Of a stretch of 54,390 nt of DNA, positions 49,190-54,390 are shown one piece after another. Origin of the DNA: Toensbergia leucococca (Eukaryota); contig JALDZS010000158.1 in the NCBI GenBank assembly GCA_022813965.1, positions 1-54,390 of the forward strand. Direction: 5' to 3'. The translations under genes were made by a program, and so were the position numbers. Below the pieces are notes generated by a model. That model was not told the DNA's origin, ran no database searches, and worked only from the letters and a program-made list of their open reading frames with translations. How positions within the stretch are numbered: position 1 is the first letter of the stretch; each line of letters begins with the position of its first letter.

Positions 49190-50542
49190 ATGGCCGTTTC
49201 CTTGTTGTCGCTCAACACCATGCTGCGATCTCAACGCCCCACTGCACTACTTGTGCCGCTCTCTATCTTAGCTATCTTTATCCTATTCTCCTTGATATCC
49301 TCTCGAAACAACCTCAAAGTACCATACCTCTCGACAAGCCATGGCAATCCGCTTGCTCATGCCACGTACCCTCAAAAAATCCCCAAAGGCAACCTGGACG
49401 ACGTCAAGAACTCTACCCTTGGTGTAAGCATGTCTCCACCGAATCTACAATGGCAACTTTTGACTCTTTTTACCTTGCAGTTCCAAAAAGTCTTTGTCGT
49501 GAATTTATCCGATCGAAGCGACAAGTTTGATGCCATCACGTTGGCTTCCTCGCTCACAGGATTCAAGATCGATCGCATAGATGGCGTCCGGGGGAAGACC
49601 GTGCCAGATAAGGCACTACCGGCTGTATGGCATTTCCAGGCCTGCATTCGATTACCTCAGCATTGACCATTCTTCTAGACTTTTGACAGAAAAGGTGGCG
49701 ATGACGACGGGCGAGAAAGTGTGATAGGTTGCTGGCGCGCTCATATGAATGCTGTCCAAAAGTAGGCCATGTCTTTACTGACAACTTGCTCCTTCCCAGA
49801 GCCACACTAATGCGAATATGTGCTCTTCAGTATAGTTCTAAACCGCATCTCATCGGCCCTCATCATAGAAGATGATAGTGACTGGGACGTGTCATTCAAA
49901 GATCAGCTGGTAGACATAGCTCGCGGTAGTCGTTACATCTCAAATACCTCGGCCGACAGCGCGCCTCTGTCTCCTTACGGCGATGGCTGGGATCTACTTT
50001 GGCTAGGTCACTGCGGCTCTTCTTTTCTACCCTCGGATAACAGACGATTCGTCATTGAGAATGACCCTACTGTCACACCCCACAAACGTCGTGTAAACTA
50101 CGATAGTATACCTGATATGGCTCCTTACGACAACACGACTAGAATCGTCTACGCCGCTAGTCGAGGAGTATGCTTGTATGCGTATGCGCTTTCCTATCGT
50201 GGAGCTCAGAAACTTCTTTACCACTTGTCCATGCGTCCATTCAACAATCCTATTGACCTTGGCATGCGACAAATGTGTCAGGATGAGTCTCGAGGATTCA
50301 AGTGCGTTGGCGTGTTTCCCCAGGTTATCGACAGCCACAGACCAGCGGGCCCCATAGACAAGGATAGCGACATTGCAACTCGACCAGACCAAGTCAGAGA
50401 CCATGGAATGACGTTCAATATTGTACACAGTACCAGATTAAACGTGGAACACCTGATGGACGGTGATATGGATGCGATCGAAAGTCAATGGCCCACGGAA
50501 ATACCGAAGCTTCATGGAGGCGTGAGGACAAAATATCAGTGA
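49190..50542 (+). CDS. Glycosyltransferase family 25 (type II membrane protein); 4 exons
   Basis: N-terminal TM segment, NSTLG|FQKVFVVNLSDRSDK, IDGVRG, GCWRAHMNA, SALIIEDDSDWD, SPYGDGWDLLWLGHCG and CLYAYALSYRGAQKLL. Confidence 0.9.
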
Positions 50543-52330
50543 TCTAGTTTTTCTTTGTATGAATACCTGCATGTCCTGATGACCTTTGCATTTCAGAAGT
50601 GATATACGGCGTTTTAATTGCCAATTGAGTTTTGCTCCTGGTTGTGGTCACTGGTTTGGTTGGTTAGGGGGAAAACAAGTCATAATATGCTCGTTCTTCA
50701 GCATGGAGTTCTACGTGGGTACGATTTCGAAGACGGGGTTTTTCGATATATCACAGAAATATGAGAGTCATCTTAGCAGATAGGTTCTCATAAAAAATCG
50801 GGTCGCTGTATTGGCCAGCTATCAACAAGTCTGACTGTTCATATTTCAGAGTACTCATCTCTGGGTGCCGTCAAGGACACCTCGAATATCACTAGGACCC
50901 TGTACAACGTCTTATTATACCTGGGGGCACATACAAAAATCTCTTGGGTGACCTAGTCCTGATCCAAGATTCGAGAAAGTTGTACTAAAGAAGGAAATGT
51001 CCATGCTTTCGCAAAATAGTTTAAAAGGAGCCAGAAAAAAAAAGTCCATTTTCGCCAATCTTGGCCTCGTCAATATAATGGTCTGGCTTTTTGACTTTTG
51101 CTTTGATTTAGCCGCAAGGCTGTGATGCGATATGCGCTTGCCTGTGTCTGACCTCGGACACCCATGATGCAATTGCACATCCAGCCGAATTTCGAATCCT
51201 AGGGTTAATCAACTCGGGCGCAGAGCGCGCCATGCATCAAGTAAACTTCTATTCTAATGGTGGCTTGTGCTGAGGCGCTTTACCTACCTACTTTTGCAGT
51301 CACCCCCCCGATTTAGGGTTGAAGCGTTTCTTTGAGGCTGTTTGGCTACCTACCTAACCTTCAAATGCATGCATGGTCCTCAGTCCTGGCAGAAAGTGAC
51401 AGTTGGGCTCGGGGGGGGGGGCCTCTCTGGGATTTGTTTTGGATACCGCTTTGCAGGCGTTTCAGAGATGTAGCTATTCTATTCTATTCTAGCTGCCCGA
51501 GCTCAGCTCTTTGTCCTGGGGCGACGCTTTGGGGGTCCGCCCTATTCTAATCCTGTTTCACACGCCTTTGTTCAAAGCCAGAAAACGGGATATCCAGACC
51601 CCCAAAATCCAGAAAACGTGTCTTTAATCCATCTCTCCACTTTCACTTCCGGTTAATTATAACGGCACTTTTTCCCCCGAGCGACTCCCCCGTTTTGGTA
51701 CCCACTGGAAGGCAAACATTCTAAACCTAGGAAAAAGTCTTTGGAGATAGAGGGTTTCTTTCATGTCAGCTACTACTCCCCCTATTTCTAGTCAGGTCCC
51801 GATAATGCCTACCTACCCAGCCCAGCAAATTGCAAAAAAGCTCTACTTACTTGACTATACATATCTACCGATCAAGCCAGGTGCTCAGAAAGAAATAACA
51901 TTAAATCCTTGCAAAAGCATAGTGTTGAGGTTTAGGATCGATATTTATATGAGTAGAAGATCATTGAGGAATCGGTGATCATTTGGATAGATGAATTTTG
52001 GATTAACTAATAGGTCGAAAGACTCTCTATTCGATGATTACTTTTGATGGGATACCACCTCATCTTTATACTAAACTCCCAGATAAAACACAAGCCAAAT
52101 GGGGATCATTTCCGAGGTGATCTGTCAGGGCATATGACTTCCCCTCAGCCGACTCCTCATTTTCCCCTCATCTTTCCATGGAATTCGCGATTACTAGATA
52201 ACATCAACATATAGCGTTTCTGGAGTTTCACAAAACACTGAGACTGTACAATATTCTCGATTCTCTTTGTCAGATGGCCTTAAAAGTGGCTCTTCCGGGT
52301 GCTCTTCGTGCCTTGTTTATATCTTTTTGT

Positions 52331-52362
<32 letters not shown>
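52331..52362. repeat. Poly-G tract (32 nt)
   Basis: Uninterrupted G run, read directly. Confidence 0.9.
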
Positions 52363-52364
<2 letters not shown>

Positions 52365-52701
52365 TCTCGTTGTGCGCGGGGTAGATTGGGATGATTCCAA
52401 GACCAGAAGGACTCTGGAAGTTTCAAAATTTTGTTGAGGGGGTGTCGGTTTGGTGAAGAAGTTCTTCTATTTTTATTAGAATAAGAATGCATTGGATGAA
52501 GATATTTCCCAGGAACTCTTCCATTAACAACATCATGACAAGTCCCATCTCCAAAAATCCCTCATCAACATCTCGAAATTCCTCAGAAGATGAATTCCAA
52601 AAAACAAACCCAAAAAAACCCCGCCCATCAACACCCCAAAAGCTCTCCACCAGCCTCAAAGCCCCCCCCCAAAAAAGCCAACCCCCCCCCCCACTCACCC
52701 C

Positions 52702-53160
52702 TCACAACGAACAACGAAACTCATCAATCGTCCCCCCCAACCTCTCCCCAGCCTCCAACCCCTCCCACGGCAAAACCTCCCTAAACCCACACCCATCCTC
52801 AAACCTCTCCCGAAACGCCACCAAGCGCCCATTCCACTTCTCCCACAACAACATCTCCTCACCCCCCTCCCCCCCTGTGCCCAACACCATGTTCTTCTTT
52901 TCCTCCGCTGCCATCATCATTTGGCGGGCAGAAGCGTGGAAGCGGTAGGCGTTGTTGATCAAGTAGGCCTCTTCTTGCTGGTAGTGGTGGAGGCAGTAGG
53001 GGCGGTTGCGGAGGAAGATTGTTTCGGTGATGAGGGTGTTTTGGGGGCCGGCGTTGCAGGTGGAGGTGTCTGGGTTGTAGTTTTGGGGGCATTGGGTTAG
53101 GAGGTGGGTGTTGTGGAGGCAGGAGCATTGTTCGTGGATGAGGATGAGGATGATGCACAT
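52702..53160 (-). CDS. Orphan protein with N-terminal Cys/His pattern (possible zinc-binding); may continue via an intron into 52423-52650
   Basis: ATG after an A-rich leader, then MC-x9-CSCLH-x7-C-x10-C...YCLHH. Downstream GTGAGG/GTGAGT donor-like sites; acceptor unclear. Confidence 0.45.
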   Translation of the reverse strand: MCIILILIHEQCSCLHNTHLLTQCPQNYNPDTSTCNAGPQNTLITETIFLRNRPYCLHHYQQEEAYLINNAYRFHASARQMMMAAEEKKNMVLGTGGEGGEEMLLWEKWNGRLVAFRERFEDGCGFREVLPWEGLEAGERLGGTIDEFRCSL

Positions 53161-53719
53161 TTTTTTTTGGCTTGCTTTCTTTCTTTTTTTTTTTCTTTTT
53201 TTTTTTAAGGTGGTGAGTGTTGATGCTCTCTTGTGGAAGATGGAAGGGGTTGGTGGTGAGGAGGGAAAGGAATGGGGAGGAATGGGATGGATGGGGGAGG
53301 TTGAGGGTTGTTGTGGTAGTCATGAGAGACAAGGGATTTCTTCTGTTGGGGAACGATGGCTTTGTTTGTTGTGGACATGGAGGCGTCGAGAAGATATCTC
53401 TGAGAGCATCTGCTTGAAAGCTGGGATCGTGGCAAGACATCATCAAAGGACAAAGAAAAGCTGTGACTGTGGGATTGAAAGTCAGTCTTTGTTTTAAAAG
53501 TCCATGAATAGAACTATACAATGGCACTTGTTCAACACGGACAGTAGTGAGCAAATCATGTAAGCAACGAGGCATCCATCGTCTAAAAACAGTATTTAAA
53601 AAAAATACAGATAAAGAGTCTCCTTTTGCAATTATCATCAGGTCCCGACGGAAACCCCTAAGAATCTTTGCATCGGACGATATATCTCAAAACATCAGCA
53701 TACAGCTGGTTCAATCATC

Positions 53720-54201
53720 ATGACTGGGTCCAACAACTTCCTGGTACCGGGCCGTCTCGGTGAGGACCAGAATCTTATTCTTACTGTCTTCTCCATCAAG
53801 GACGATTCCAATGACTCTGTGAATGATTCCAACCCATTTGACGACGCTTTTGAAGTATTTGATTCAGACGACGATTCGGAGTTTTCTAATTCGAATGACT
53901 CCTACGAATTCGCTGATCCTGACGAGAATTCCGAATTCTCCAAGAAGGACCTTCATCTCATCAGTGACACAGATCGCTGTGTCGACAGGTTGAAGTCTCG
54001 GATTCAGACGACTATTCTGAATTTGCTGATTCGAACGACTCTTATGAATTCGTTGATCCTCATCGTACCAGTGACACGGCTTCCTGCCTTGGCGACAATT
54101 TTGTATTCTCTGAATTTGGTACAATTTTTAGGGATCTAGGTGCAACTGGAAAGCCTTCAAGAAAGTACCTCGACGACTATTCTGAATTTTCTAATTGGAA
54201 C
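53720..54201 (+). pseudogene. Asp/Ser-rich repeat-containing coding remnant; repeats are out of frame with each other
   Basis: 60-bp repeats at 53861-53920 (DSDDDSEFSNSNDSYEFADP) and 54001-54060 (DSDDYSEFADSNDSYEFVDP) are 51/60 identical and 140 bp apart. Partial third copy at ~54172-54201. Confidence 0.45.
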
Positions 54202-54390
54202 CGATTCACAACACTCCAGTTAGACGAAGAAGCATAGTTTCAAGAAGAGAGGAAAGGATCATAGTTCTGCTAGGCTTTAGAATCTGAATTTTGTGAGTTT
54301 CGGGGTTCGATAAAATAGCATAAACCCCGCATATTCTACTCACTTGATTGCGCTAGTGTGTATGTGACTGTTGGCGACGATGTGCGGAGC

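Noticed and set aside
54301..54329. Small hairpin CGGGGTT...AACCCCG overlapping GGTTCGA
   Set aside because: Seven-bp arms can occur by chance and there is no tRNA context; it is also near the window edge.

Overview
Eukaryotic genomic DNA from a filamentous ascomycete (Pezizomycotina). It has short spliceosomal introns with GTRNGT donors, CTRAY branch points and YAG acceptors. A lichen-type Cys-rich protein family hints at Lecanoromycetes, but that is inference only. About 19 protein-coding loci can be supported. Core genes: a patatin-like protein, NIPA Mg transporter, DDHD phospholipase A1, fimbrin, Sub1/PC4, 5-oxoprolinase, an MIT-domain protein, a GT25 glycosyltransferase and a conserved hypothetical protein. 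An accessory block at ~7-22 kb holds an allantoate-type MFS permease, a small secreted protein, an FAD monooxygenase, a two-domain Cys-rich protein, a PTH11-like receptor and a CYP7-like P450. There are also a germin-like cupin and orphan ORFs. No intact transposon, rRNA, canonical tRNA or CRISPR was seen. The strongest non-gene signals are: (i) about nine short domains where the + strand flips abruptly from C/A-rich to G/T-rich regardless of gene strand; (ii) three AT-rich, CpG-depleted islands, all between convergent genes; (iii) a 56-bp hairpin between the divergent PTH11-like and P450 genes; (iv) a patatin whose catalytic Ser is replaced by Gly, with a GC-AG intron; (v) a dense GTAC cluster and a tRNA-like T-arm/D-arm fragment. 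Exon boundaries were read by eye and may be off by a few bases.
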